Source: Rhodospirillales bacterium (GTDB lineage Bacteria > Pseudomonadota > Alphaproteobacteria > Rhodospirillales > UBA2165). From it: a stretch of DNA of 64,000 nt. Positions 9,868 through 19,392 of the stretch are shown here, piece after piece (the first letter of the stretch is position 1; each line of letters starts with the position of its first letter). The stretch is taken from positions 365,592 through 429,591 of the forward strand of contig CBDCSV010000001.1 of NCBI GenBank assembly GCA_965221855.1. Direction: 5' to 3'. Made by a program: the position numbers and the translations under genes. The notes below the pieces were generated by a model, which was not told the DNA's origin, ran no database searches, and was given only the letters and a program-made list of their open reading frames with translations.

Positions 9868-9886
9868 GATAATGATAATGATTTGC
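9868..9886. promoter_or_regulatory. Fur-box-like operator upstream of the Fe(III) ABC transporter
   Basis: GATAATGATAATGATTTGC matches the classical 19-bp Fur consensus GATAATGATAATCATTATC at 16/19 positions. It lies about 85-100 nt upstream of the binding-protein start. A weaker second match (12/19) is at 9917-9935. Confidence 0.55.
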
Positions 9887-9970
9887 ATTTTCGTTTCTGG
9901 TCTGATAGTTGTTGTTGATAATGGTTCGCAAAATTGAACCGCCAACCAAATGCACAAGGACTCGACTAGA

Positions 9971-10999
9971 ATGAAAAAAACCATCTCTCTCATCGCCGCC
10001 GCCGCGGCCATGCTGCCGGTGTTCGGCGCGGGAAGCGCCGCCGCGGAGGAAGTCAATCTCTATTCCTACCGCCAGCCGTTCCTGATCCAGCCGTTCCTCG
10101 ATGAATTCACCAAGAAGACCGGCATCAAGGTGAATGTCGTCTACGCCCAGAAGGGGATGCTCCAGCGCCTCAAGGCGGAAGGCCGCAACACGCCGGCGGA
10201 CGCCGTATTGACCGTCGATATCTCGCGTCTCGACGCGCTGACCAACGCCGAGCTGCTGCAGCCCGTCTCGTCGCCGGTCCTGAACAGGAACGTTCCGTCA
10301 CAGTACCGGCACCCGCAGGGCTTTTGGTATGGCCTGACCACCCGCGCCCGGATCATCTACGCCCACAAGGACAGGGTGAAGCCCGGCGAGGTCGCGTCCT
10401 ACGAGGACATTGCGAAACCCCACATGAAGGGGCGGGTCTGCACCCGTTCCGGCAAGCACGTCTATACGGTCTCCCTCATCGCCTCGATCATCGAAGCCAG
10501 GGGCGAGAAGGCGGCCGAGGCGTGGCTCAGGGGCGTCAAGGCGAACCTCGCCCGCAAGCCGCAGGGCAACGACCGGGCGCAGGTCAAGGCCATCAAGGAG
10601 GGCGTCTGCGACGTGTCCCTCGGCAACACCTACTACATGGGCAAAATGGCCACCAACAACAAGAATCCGGAACAGAAGGAATGGGCCGCTTCGGTCAACA
10701 TCCTGTTTCCCAACCAGGCCGGCCGCGGAACCCACGTCAACATCAGCGGCGCGGCCGTCACCGAGCATGCCAAGAACAAGGCCAACGCGGTCAAGCTGCT
10801 CGAGTTCCTGAGCGAGAACTTCGCCCAGAAAATGTATGCCGACCAGAACTTCGAGTATCCGGTCAAGGCCGGCGTCGAATTGCATCCGATGGTCGCCGGA
10901 TGGGGCACGTTCAAGGCCGATGCGGTGAACCTGGACAACGTCGCCAGGCATCGCGCGACGGCGACGAAACTGGTGGACCGGGTCGATTTCAACGGCTAG
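9971..10999 (+). CDS. fbpA: Fe(3+) ABC transporter periplasmic substrate-binding protein (FbpA/AfuA family)
   Basis: Signal peptide MKKTISLIAAAAAMLPVFGAGSAAA, then VNLYSYRQP...; ~340 aa. AAGGA lies 10 nt upstream of ATG 9971 (the track start 9950 is also possible). Confidence 0.85.
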   Translation: MKKTISLIAAAAAMLPVFGAGSAAAEEVNLYSYRQPFLIQPFLDEFTKKTGIKVNVVYAQKGMLQRLKAEGRNTPADAVLTVDISRLDALTNAELLQPVSSPVLNRNVPSQYRHPQGFWYGLTTRARIIYAHKDRVKPGEVASYEDIAKPHMKGRVCTRSGKHVYTVSLIASIIEARGEKAAEAWLRGVKANLARKPQGNDRAQVKAIKEGVCDVSLGNTYYMGKMATNNKNPEQKEWAASVNILFPNQAGRGTHVNISGAAVTEHAKNKANAVKLLEFLSENFAQKMYADQNFEYPVKAGVELHPMVAGWGTFKADAVNLDNVARHRATATKLVDRVDFNG

Positions 11000-11101
11000 G
11001 TTTCGCACCGCTTCGATTTGGGGGAGCCGCGGCAACGCGGCTCCCCTTGATTCCGGGAACCCGTTGGCCGCGCCGTTTTTGATGCCGCGGCAGGATCGCC
11101 G

Positions 11102-12808
11102 ATGACTACCGCACCCGCCATCACCCGACGCCAACCCCGCCCGGTATTCGCCGCCGCCGGCCTCGACGGCTGGACCGTCGGCGCGCTGGCGGTGGCCGGA
11201 TGCGTCGCCGTTCCCATCGTGGCCGTGCTGGTCCTCGCGACCGGAACGGGCAGCGACATCTGGGGGCATCTGATCGACACGGTTCTCGCCCGCTATGTCG
11301 GGACGACCCTCGGCCTCATGGCCGGCGTCGGGGCGGGGACGCTGATCATCGGCGTCGGAACCGCCTGGCTGGTCACCAATTTCCAGTTTCCGGGGCGGGG
11401 ACTGTTCGAGTGGTCGCTGCTCCTGCCGCTGGCCATTCCGTCCTACGTCATCGCCTTCGTCTTCACCGACTTCCTCGAGTTCGCCGGGCCGGTGCAGGGG
11501 CTGCTCAGGGAACTCGGCGGCTGGACGTCGCCCCGGGACTACTGGTTCCCCGAGATACGCTCCCTCGGCGGCGCCATCGCGGTCATGTCCCTGGTTCTCT
11601 ATCCTTACGTCTATCTGCTGTCCCGCGCCGCCTTTCTCGAACAGTCGGTTGGGATGATGGAGGTCAGCCGCTCCCTCGGCCGGGGGCCGTGGCGCAGTTT
11701 CCTGACCGTCGCGGTGCCCCTGGCCCGCCCGTCCATCGCCGTCGGCGTTTCGCTGGTGCTGATGGAAACGCTGAACGATTTCGGCACGGTGGATTTCTTC
11801 GCCGTCCAGACCCTGACCCTCGGCATCTTCGACGTCTGGTTCAACCTCAACAGCGTCGCCGGGGCCGCCCAGATCGCCGGCGTCATCCTGCTGTTCGTCA
11901 TGGTCCTGCTGACCGCCGAGCGTTTCAGCCGGCGCCGCCAGCGCTACCACGGACAGGGGGGCGCGCTGCGCCGCGCCGTTCCCCGCCGGTTGGCGGGTTT
12001 CGCCGCGCTGCTCGCCACGCTGGCGTGCGCGCTTCCCCTGGCGCTCGGATTCCTGCTGCCCGTCGGCCTCTTGTCGGCGGACGTGATGGCCAATCTCGAA
12101 CTGGTCGGCGGCGCCGCGTTTCTGACCAGCGCCGGCAACAGCCTGCTTCTCGCGGCCCTTGCCGCCGTGGTCGCGGTGCTGATCGGACTGCAGCTCGCCT
12201 ACGGCGTCCGCCTGAGCGGCAACCGGGCCCTCAAGAGCCTCACCCGGTTCGCGAGCCTCGGTTACGCCATTCCCGGCGCCGTCCTGGCGGTGGGCGTGAT
12301 GATCCCCTTCGGGCTCCTCGACAACTGGATCGACGCCCAGTCGAGCCGCCTCTTCGGGATTTCCACCGGCCTGATATTGAGCGGCACCGGCGCCGCCCTG
12401 GTGTTCGCCTATGTGGTCCGGTTCCTGGCCCTCTCCCAAGGCGCCGTCGAGAGCGGCCTCGAACGGGTGACGCCCAACATCGACGGCGCGGCGCGCACCC
12501 TGGGCTGCCGTCCGGCCGGGGTTCTGTGGCGGGTTCACGTCCCGCTTCTGCGCGGCAGCATGCTGACCGCCGTCATCCTGGTGTTCGTCGACACCATGAA
12601 GGAACTTCCCATGACGGTGATCATGCGGCCCTTCAACTTCGAGACCCTGGCGACCCAGGTGCATCAGTTCGCCGCCTCCGAGCAATTCGCCGAGGCTTCG
12701 CCGTCGGCGCTCGCAATCGTTCTTGCAGGCATCCTCCCGGTGATTATTCTCAGCCGCGCCATGAGAAACACGGTTCACATCGACGCCAACGCCGAGGCAT
12801 GGAAATGA
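11102..12808 (+). CDS. fbpB: Fe(3+) ABC transporter permease, duplicated two-domain form (FbpB family)
   Basis: 568-aa polytopic ORF with two permease halves, each carrying an EAA-like loop (MEVSRSLGRGPWRSF and DGAARTLGCRPAGV). Confidence 0.85.
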   Translation: MTTAPAITRRQPRPVFAAAGLDGWTVGALAVAGCVAVPIVAVLVLATGTGSDIWGHLIDTVLARYVGTTLGLMAGVGAGTLIIGVGTAWLVTNFQFPGRGLFEWSLLLPLAIPSYVIAFVFTDFLEFAGPVQGLLRELGGWTSPRDYWFPEIRSLGGAIAVMSLVLYPYVYLLSRAAFLEQSVGMMEVSRSLGRGPWRSFLTVAVPLARPSIAVGVSLVLMETLNDFGTVDFFAVQTLTLGIFDVWFNLNSVAGAAQIAGVILLFVMVLLTAERFSRRRQRYHGQGGALRRAVPRRLAGFAALLATLACALPLALGFLLPVGLLSADVMANLELVGGAAFLTSAGNSLLLAALAAVVAVLIGLQLAYGVRLSGNRALKSLTRFASLGYAIPGAVLAVGVMIPFGLLDNWIDAQSSRLFGISTGLILSGTGAALVFAYVVRFLALSQGAVESGLERVTPNIDGAARTLGCRPAGVLWRVHVPLLRGSMLTAVILVFVDTMKELPMTVIMRPFNFETLATQVHQFAASEQFAEASPSALAIVLAGILPVIILSRAMRNTVHIDANAEAWK

Positions 12809-13920
12809 CGGCGGCCCTGGAGATCTCCGGCCTTTCGCACGCATTCGGCAGGACGCGCGTCCTGGATGACGTGTCGTGCACCGTGGAGCCGAGGGAAATC
12901 GTCTGTCTGCTCGGGCCGTCGGGGTGCGGCAAGACGACGCTGCTCCGGCTGGCGGCCGGGCTGGAGCGGGTCCAGACCGGCGCCATCAAACTTCACGGGC
13001 AGACCGTCGGGGAACCCGGCTGGCACGTGCCGCCGGAATCCCGCCGCATCGGACTGATGTTCCAGGACTATGCCCTGTTTCCTCACCTGACCATCGCCGA
13101 GAACGTGGCGTTCGGACTCTCCGGCCTTCCGGCCGGCCGGCGCCGGCCGCGCGTCCACGAGGTGCTTTTCCAGGTCAATATGCAGGCTTACGCGGATTCC
13201 TATCCGCACACGCTTTCCGGCGGCCAGCAGCAGCGGGTGGCGCTGGCGCGGGTGCTGGCGCCCAAGCCCGAGGTCGTCTTGCTGGACGAGCCGTTTTCCG
13301 GCCTGGACGAGACGCTGCGCATCCAGGTCCGCGAGGAGACGCTGCGGGTGCTCGGTCAGGCGGGTACGGCGGTCCTGATGGTTACCCACCACCCGGAGGA
13401 AGCGATGTTCATGTCGGACCGCATGATGGTCATGGGACCGGGCGGCATCATCCATCAGGTGGGCGCGCCGGCCGAGGTTTACGCCAACCCGGCGAACCGG
13501 TTCGTCGCCACCTTCTTCGGCCGCACCAATTTGATGTCGGGCGTCGTGCGCAACGGCGTGGTCGACACGCCGCTCGGGTCGGTGGCGGCCGGCGGCCGGG
13601 GCGAGGGGTGCGCGGTCGACGTCGTATTCCGGTCGAACGGGGTTACCCTGTCGAGCACCGACGAGCGGGCCTGTCCCGTCGAAATCGTCTCCGCGCGTCC
13701 CATGGGCCGGGATACCCGGGTCCGGTTCAAGCTTGCGGGCGACGAGGCGGGCGCCACCTATCTCTGCCGGGTTCCCGGCATTTTCACGGCCGACGGCTCG
13801 GCCAAGGTGACGGCGAGGCTGGACCCCGCCGGGGCGTTCGTGTTTCACCGCGGCGGCCCGGAAACCGAGAGGACCTCGGCCTCGGGCCCGGATTTCGGCC
13901 CGTCCGCGGCCGACGCATAA
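12799..13920 (+). CDS. fbpC: Fe(3+) ABC transporter ATP-binding protein (FbpC family)
   Basis: Real part of the 906-aa track ORF. Walker A GPSGCGKTT, signature LSGGQQQR, Walker B VVLLDEPFSGLD, C-terminal TOBE-like domain. ATG 12805 overlaps the permease stop (ATGA); ATG 12799 is in frame. Confidence 0.88.
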   Translation: MEMTAALEISGLSHAFGRTRVLDDVSCTVEPREIVCLLGPSGCGKTTLLRLAAGLERVQTGAIKLHGQTVGEPGWHVPPESRRIGLMFQDYALFPHLTIAENVAFGLSGLPAGRRRPRVHEVLFQVNMQAYADSYPHTLSGGQQQRVALARVLAPKPEVVLLDEPFSGLDETLRIQVREETLRVLGQAGTAVLMVTHHPEEAMFMSDRMMVMGPGGIIHQVGAPAEVYANPANRFVATFFGRTNLMSGVVRNGVVDTPLGSVAAGGRGEGCAVDVVFRSNGVTLSSTDERACPVEIVSARPMGRDTRVRFKLAGDEAGATYLCRVPGIFTADGSAKVTARLDPAGAFVFHRGGPETERTSASGPDFGPSAADA

Positions 13921-14018
13921 CTCTCTGTTTCGTAAGGAGTTCGCCATTTGCAGGCGGCATTGGGCGTGGCATAGTAACCGCAACGAAACTGCGGCCATAA
14001 GAAAGGTCTCGACCAGGG

Positions 14019-15239
14019 ATGAAGAGCGGACGCGACCACGCGCGCGTACTAATCTACAGCCATGACAGCTTTGGACTGGGGCACCTTCGCCGGTGCCGGG
14101 CGATCGCCCATGCCCTGGTCGGCTCGTCCGGCGGACTATCAGTTCTGATACTGTCCGGCTCGCCGATCATCGGCAGTTTCGATTTCCGCGCGCGCGTCGA
14201 CTTCGTGCGCGTGCCCGGTGTCATCAAGCTGCGCAACGGCGAGTACACCCCGCTCAATCTGCATCTGGATATCGAGCATACCATGGACCTGCGCGGCTCC
14301 ATCATTCGCCATACGGCGGAGGCCTTCGATCCGGATCTGTTCATCGTCGACAAGGAGCCCCTCGGACTTCGCGGCGAGGTGAGCGAAACGCTCCATGTGC
14401 TCAAGGAACGGGGGACGGCGTTGGCGCTCGGTCTGCGGGACGTGATGGATGAGCCTGCGCTCCTCGGACCCGAATGGGAACGCAAGAACGTCATGCCGGC
14501 GCTGATGGACCTCTACGACCAAATCTGGGTCTATGGCCTTCCCCAAATCTACGACCCGTTGTCCGGGCTGGACATTCCAGATCAGGTTCGCCGCAAGATG
14601 GTCTTCACCGGATACCTGCGCTACGGCGTACCGGATGCGGCCTCGGTCTCGCCGGCGCCCGATATTCAGGAACCCTATATTCTGGTAACCGCCGGGGGCG
14701 GCGGCGACGGCGACGCGCTGGTCGACTGGGTGATCCGCGCCTATGAGACCGACCCCGATATCCCGCACCCGTCGCTGATCGTTTTCGGACCGTTCATGCA
14801 GCCGGAAAGTCAGGAGGCGTTTCTTGACCGCATTGGGAGGTTGGACGCGGTCGAGGCCATCACTTTCGATGCCCGTCTCGAACACTTCGTCAAGGCGGCG
14901 GTCGGCGTCGTCGGCATGGGGGGATACAATACCTTCTGCGAGATCCTCTCGTTCGACAAGCCCGCCCTGATCGTGCCGCGAACGCGGCCCAGGATGGAGC
15001 AGTACATCCGGGCGGCGCGGGCGCAGGAAACCGGCCTGCTTTCCATGCTGGAGGATGACGGTATCCGGGACGCGAAATCCATGGCGACGGCGCTCAGGCA
15101 ACTGACCCAGCAGAAGCGGCCGTCCGAAGTGGTCGTTCCCGGACTGCTCGATGGTCTCGGGAATATTTGCCGCCTGACCGATACGTGGCTCGACGAGGAT
15201 CGGCGTCCGGACATCAAGGTCGTCGAAGAAAGGGCCTGA
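14019..15239 (+). CDS. GT-B fold glycosyltransferase of the 'predicted glycosyl transferase' type (GT1/GT28-like; I believe COG4671), paralogue 1
   Basis: 406-aa ORF. N-terminal YSHDSFGLGHLRRC; C-terminal VTAGGGGDG...MGGYNTFCEILSFDKPALIVPR, typical of a Glyco_tran_28_C-like donor-binding half. Confidence 0.7.
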   Translation: MKSGRDHARVLIYSHDSFGLGHLRRCRAIAHALVGSSGGLSVLILSGSPIIGSFDFRARVDFVRVPGVIKLRNGEYTPLNLHLDIEHTMDLRGSIIRHTAEAFDPDLFIVDKEPLGLRGEVSETLHVLKERGTALALGLRDVMDEPALLGPEWERKNVMPALMDLYDQIWVYGLPQIYDPLSGLDIPDQVRRKMVFTGYLRYGVPDAASVSPAPDIQEPYILVTAGGGGDGDALVDWVIRAYETDPDIPHPSLIVFGPFMQPESQEAFLDRIGRLDAVEAITFDARLEHFVKAAVGVVGMGGYNTFCEILSFDKPALIVPRTRPRMEQYIRAARAQETGLLSMLEDDGIRDAKSMATALRQLTQQKRPSEVVVPGLLDGLGNICRLTDTWLDEDRRPDIKVVEERA

Positions 15240-16486
15240 TGACCACGGCTATCGTCCTGAAGGGCTACCCGAGGCTTTCCGAGACATTCATCGCGCAGGA
15301 AATTCTGGCTCTGCAGGAGGCGGGTCTCGACCTCTGTATCGTCTCGCTGCGTCACCCGACGGACGGCGCCGTCCATCCGGTTCACCGCCGGATCGACGCT
15401 CCGGTCAATTACCTGCCCGAATATCTGTGGCGTGAGCCGGTCCGCGTACTGAGATCCTGGCGGCGGGTCCGTAAATTCGAGACCTATGCCGAAGCGCGCC
15501 GGGCGTGGCGCAGGGATCTTGCGCGCGATCCGACGCCGAACCGGATTCGGCGCTGGGGGCAGGCGCTGGTGCTGGCCGCCGAATTGGGGCCCGAGGTCGA
15601 CCGCCTGTACGCCCACTTCCTTCATACGCCGTCATCCGTGGCGCGGTACGCGTCGATCCTCCGGAACATTCCATGGTCCGCTTCGGCGCACGCCGTCGAT
15701 ATCTGGACCACCCCCGAATGGGAATTGCGGGAAAAGCTCGCCAGCGCCGACTGGGTGCTGACCTGCACCAGGGCAAACCGGGAATACCTGGCGCCGCTTG
15801 CCCCTGATCCGGATCGGGTGTCGCTGGCCTATCACGGCGTTGATCTCGACCGGTTTCCAGCCGGAGGGGGGAAGGAAAATTCCCGTCGTGTACCAAATCC
15901 GGACTCGCCCATCCGTATTTTGTCCGTCGGCCGGCTGGTACCCAAGAAAGGGTACGCGGATCTCCTCACGGCCCTGGCGAAACTGCCGAGGGAACCGGCC
16001 TGGCGGTTCGAGCACATTGGCGGGGGCCCCGAAAAGAAGCGGCTTCGGCGGATGGCCGCGGGGCTGGGGATCGGGGATCGAATCGACTGGCGCGGCGCCC
16101 AGCCGCAGGACGTGGTCGCCGAGGCTTACCGGACGTCGGATATATTCGCGCTCACCTGCGTGGTCGCGCCCAACGGGGACCGGGACGGATTGCCGAACGT
16201 CCTGATGGAAGCGCAGAGCCAGGGCCTGCCTGTCGTCGCAACCAACGTGTCCGCGATACCCGAGCTGATCCTCGACGGCAAAACCGGCTTGCTTGCCGAG
16301 CCGGGAGACACGGAGGCCATTGCGGCCCACCTGGAGTTGCTGATCCGCGACGCCGGTCGCCGGGATGCGATCGGCGCCGCGGGAGCGGCGCGGGTCCGGC
16401 GCAGCTTCGCCTTCTCCGATTGCATCGGTTCGGTCGTCGAAAGATTTGGTCTGCAGGCGCGCCCTTCGGTTTCGCGGGTCGCATGA
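15239..16486 (+). CDS. Family 4 (GT4, WcaL-like) glycosyltransferase
   Basis: ATG 15239 overlaps the upstream stop (ATGA). MTTAIVLKGYPRLSETFI... N-terminus. E-x7-E region EAQSQGLPVVATNVSAIPE. Confidence 0.75.
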   Translation: MTTAIVLKGYPRLSETFIAQEILALQEAGLDLCIVSLRHPTDGAVHPVHRRIDAPVNYLPEYLWREPVRVLRSWRRVRKFETYAEARRAWRRDLARDPTPNRIRRWGQALVLAAELGPEVDRLYAHFLHTPSSVARYASILRNIPWSASAHAVDIWTTPEWELREKLASADWVLTCTRANREYLAPLAPDPDRVSLAYHGVDLDRFPAGGGKENSRRVPNPDSPIRILSVGRLVPKKGYADLLTALAKLPREPAWRFEHIGGGPEKKRLRRMAAGLGIGDRIDWRGAQPQDVVAEAYRTSDIFALTCVVAPNGDRDGLPNVLMEAQSQGLPVVATNVSAIPELILDGKTGLLAEPGDTEAIAAHLELLIRDAGRRDAIGAAGAARVRRSFAFSDCIGSVVERFGLQARPSVSRVA

Positions 16487-17610
16487 AGATCGCCTTCTAT
16501 GCGCCGATGAAATCTCCCGATCACCCGATACCGTCGGGGGATCAAATTGTCGGCAGGGCGTTGATTTCGGCGCTGGAGAGCGCCGGCCACGACGTCGACC
16601 TGGGTTGCCGGATACGAACCTGGCAGAAGTTTCCCGATGCCCGCCGGCAGGAACGCCTCGCGGGACTGAGCGAGCGGGCGGCGGAGCTGCTGGTCCGCCG
16701 GTATCGCCGCCGGCCGGAACAGCGGCCGGACCTCTGGTTTACCTACCACCTCTATCACAAGGCGCCCGACTGGCTTGGTCCCGCGGTGAGCGAAAGAATG
16801 GGAATTCCCTATGTGGCGGCCGAGGCGTCCTTCGCGCCGAAACGGGCGGAGGGTCCCTGGGACGTGGGACACAAGGCCGCCGAGGCGGCAATTCGCCGGG
16901 CCAAGGTCATCTTCGGCATGAATTCCCTCGACGCCAACTGCGTGGCGCCGCTGGTTTCCGATGGCGCCCGGATGGTTCAGCTCAAACCCTTCCTCGCCGG
17001 AGAACCCGGTCCCGGCCGCGCCGGACGCGCGCAGGCACGGTGGGCGTTGTCGGCCCGCTACGGGTTGGATCCGGAGATTCCCTGGTTGCTGACCGTGGCG
17101 ATGATGCGCGACGGCGCCAAACTGCGCTCCTATGAAACCCTTGCCGCGGCCCTCGACCGGATTTCGGGCGCGTCCTGGCAATTGGTTGTCGCCGGCGACG
17201 GCGAAGCGCGATCAACGATAGAACGACTTTTTCCGTTGGACCGGACCGTGTTTACCGGCCGGCTCGGCGCCGACGGGCTCGCCGTGCTGTATTCCGCGGC
17301 CGACCTGTATGTGTGGCCCGCCATCAACGAAGCCTACGGAATGGCTCTTCTGGAGGCCCAGGCGGCGGGATTGCCGGCCGTCGCCGGCGATACCGGCGGG
17401 GTAGGCGATATTGTCCGTCACGGCGAGACGGGTCTGCTGGTGCCGGTGGGCGATGCGGCCGCGTTCGCCGAGGCCGTCATGTCGATGCTCGGGGATGAAG
17501 ACCGCCTCGGGGACATGGGCGGCCGGGCGGCCGAAGTGGCCGAACGGGAACATGGTCTCGAGGCCGCCTCGGCTGCCATGGGGCCTGTTCTGGAGGCGCT
17601 CGTCCAATGA
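16483..17610 (+). CDS. Family 4 (GT4) glycosyltransferase
   Basis: ATG 16483 overlaps the upstream stop (ATGA). MKIAFYAPMKSPDHPIPSGDQIVGRAL... E-x7-E region EAQAAGLPAVAGDTGGVGD. Confidence 0.75.
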   Translation: MKIAFYAPMKSPDHPIPSGDQIVGRALISALESAGHDVDLGCRIRTWQKFPDARRQERLAGLSERAAELLVRRYRRRPEQRPDLWFTYHLYHKAPDWLGPAVSERMGIPYVAAEASFAPKRAEGPWDVGHKAAEAAIRRAKVIFGMNSLDANCVAPLVSDGARMVQLKPFLAGEPGPGRAGRAQARWALSARYGLDPEIPWLLTVAMMRDGAKLRSYETLAAALDRISGASWQLVVAGDGEARSTIERLFPLDRTVFTGRLGADGLAVLYSAADLYVWPAINEAYGMALLEAQAAGLPAVAGDTGGVGDIVRHGETGLLVPVGDAAAFAEAVMSMLGDEDRLGDMGGRAAEVAEREHGLEAASAAMGPVLEALVQ

Positions 17611-18194
17611 CGATTCTCGCCATGATCCGGCACGGCAATACGGACTGGAACAGGCAGGGGCTTATCCAGGGCCACAGCGACATCGGGCTGGGCCCGGAGG
17701 GGAAGCGGGAAGTCGCCGGCTGGCGGGTTCCCGACGACCTCGACGGTCATGACTGGATCGCCAGCCCGCTCAGCCGGGCCATGGAGACCGCCCGAATTCT
17801 CATCGGACGGCCGCCGGAGATCGATCCGCGTCTTTCGGAAATGAGCTGGGGGGAATGGGAAGGACGCACCCTAGAAGATTTGCGGGCCGAACTGGGCGAT
17901 CTCATGGCGGCCTGGGAGGCGAAGGGATTGGATTTCCGCGGGCCCGGCGGTGAAAGTCCGAGGGAGGTCCAGGACCGGGTCAAACCCTTTTTGGCCGAGC
18001 GCTCGGAGGCCGGCCGGCCAACGGTCGCGGTTTGCCACCGCGGTGTCGTGCGCGCCGTCTACGCCCTGGCGACCGGCTGGGACATGGTGGACAAACCGGA
18101 AACCAAGCTCCTGGACAACTGTGTTCACTATTTTCGGCTCGAGGCCGGCGGCCGGCCGGTGATCGACCATCTCAACGTCAGCCTGGAGTCTTGA
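17607..18194 (+). CDS. Histidine phosphatase superfamily protein (phosphoglycerate-mutase-like branch)
   Basis: 195-aa ORF. Catalytic RHG motif (MIRHGNTDWN) and a second His (VAVCHRGVV). ATG overlaps the upstream stop (ATGA). Confidence 0.8.
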   Translation: MTILAMIRHGNTDWNRQGLIQGHSDIGLGPEGKREVAGWRVPDDLDGHDWIASPLSRAMETARILIGRPPEIDPRLSEMSWGEWEGRTLEDLRAELGDLMAAWEAKGLDFRGPGGESPREVQDRVKPFLAERSEAGRPTVAVCHRGVVRAVYALATGWDMVDKPETKLLDNCVHYFRLEAGGRPVIDHLNVSLES

Positions 18195-19381
18195 GGAACG
18201 TGCCCTCGGTCCTTTTCCACGTCCAGCATCTTCTGGGTATTGGCCATTTGAAACGGGCGGCGACCCTGGCGCGCGCCATGTCCGCCCGGGGGATCGAGGT
18301 GACGCTCGTCTCGGGGGGTGAGCATGTCCCGGTCCTGGATGACAGCGGCATGCGGTTCGTTCAGTTGCCGCCGGTGAAAGCGTCGGATCGGACTTTCGGA
18401 TCCGTCGTCGATGCGGACGGCCGGGAAATCGGCAGCGAAATCCGGACCGAACGCCGGGATATGCTGATCAGCCTGCTTGATGAAATCCGGCCCGATGTCC
18501 TGATAGTGGAGCTCTATCCCTTCGGCAGGCGCCAATTGCGCTCCGAATTGACGCCGCTGATCGAGACGGCGCGGGAGATGTCGCCGCGCCCCACGATCGT
18601 CTCTTCCGTCCGCGACATCCTGGTCGAAAAGAATCGGCCCGAGCGGGACCGGGAGCTGGTCGATACGGCGAAACGGTTGTTCGATGCGGTCTTCGTCCAT
18701 GGCGACCCGGCGCTGATCCCGTTCGATCGAACGTTTCCGCTGGCCGGCGAGATAGCGGATCTTCTGCACTACACCGGCTACGTGGTCGAGCACCGGAAGA
18801 TCGAGAATGCAAAGGGCGGGCAGGGGACGGGAGAGGTCATCGTCTCGTCGGGCAGCGGCGCCGTCGGCGAACTGCTTCTGAGGACCGCCGTCGAGGCGCG
18901 GCCGCATACATCCTATTCGGACACCCCCTGGCGACTGCTGGCCGGGTACAGCCTGCCGGACCACATCTTCGAGGAAATTGCCGGGACGGCGCCCGATGGC
19001 GTGGTGGTCGAGCGCGCCCGGGAGGATTTCGTCACGCTGCTGAAGAATTGCCGGTTGTCGATCAGCCAGGGCGGCTACAACACCATCATGGAAGTGTTGG
19101 CCTGCGGCGCGCGGGGAATCGCCGTGCCTTACGCCGGCGGTCACGAGACCGAGCAAACCCTGCGGGCGCGTCTCCTGGAGGAGCGGGGGTTGATCCAGCA
19201 GATACCGGAAGGAGAACTCACCGTCGAAAGACTGGTCGCCGCCATCGAGCGGGCGGAACATCTGGACCCGCCGGGTCCGGACGGCATCGATACCGGCGGT
19301 GCGGATGAAACCGCGCGGCTGGTCGAGCATCTGATTCCGGCCGCCGGGGCCGGCAATGACAACGGCAATATCGGCGCCTAA
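18191..19381 (+). CDS. GT-B fold glycosyltransferase, paralogue 2 of 14019..15239
   Basis: In-frame TTG 18191 overlaps the upstream stop (TTGA); GTG 18200 is an alternative. HVQHLLGIGHLKRA, PDVLIVELYPFGRR, YTGYV and SQGGYNTIMEVLACG are collinear with the motifs of paralogue 1. Confidence 0.68.
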   Translation: MRNVPSVLFHVQHLLGIGHLKRAATLARAMSARGIEVTLVSGGEHVPVLDDSGMRFVQLPPVKASDRTFGSVVDADGREIGSEIRTERRDMLISLLDEIRPDVLIVELYPFGRRQLRSELTPLIETAREMSPRPTIVSSVRDILVEKNRPERDRELVDTAKRLFDAVFVHGDPALIPFDRTFPLAGEIADLLHYTGYVVEHRKIENAKGGQGTGEVIVSSGSGAVGELLLRTAVEARPHTSYSDTPWRLLAGYSLPDHIFEEIAGTAPDGVVVERAREDFVTLLKNCRLSISQGGYNTIMEVLACGARGIAVPYAGGHETEQTLRARLLEERGLIQQIPEGELTVERLVAAIERAEHLDPPGPDGIDTGGADETARLVEHLIPAAGAGNDNGNIGA

Positions 19382-19392
19382 GTCATTGGAAC

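Noticed and set aside
11200-12798. N-terminal ~530 aa of the 906-aa plus-strand ORF 11200..13920
   Set aside because: This is an out-of-frame read-through across the permease gene. Only the part from 12799/12805 onward is a real ABC ATPase.
10298-13998. 848-aa and 407-aa minus-strand ORFs (10298..12844 and 12775..13998)
   Set aside because: They are antisense to the fbpABC genes, which carry unambiguous signal-peptide, permease and Walker motifs. Both are R/G/D/P-rich shadows.
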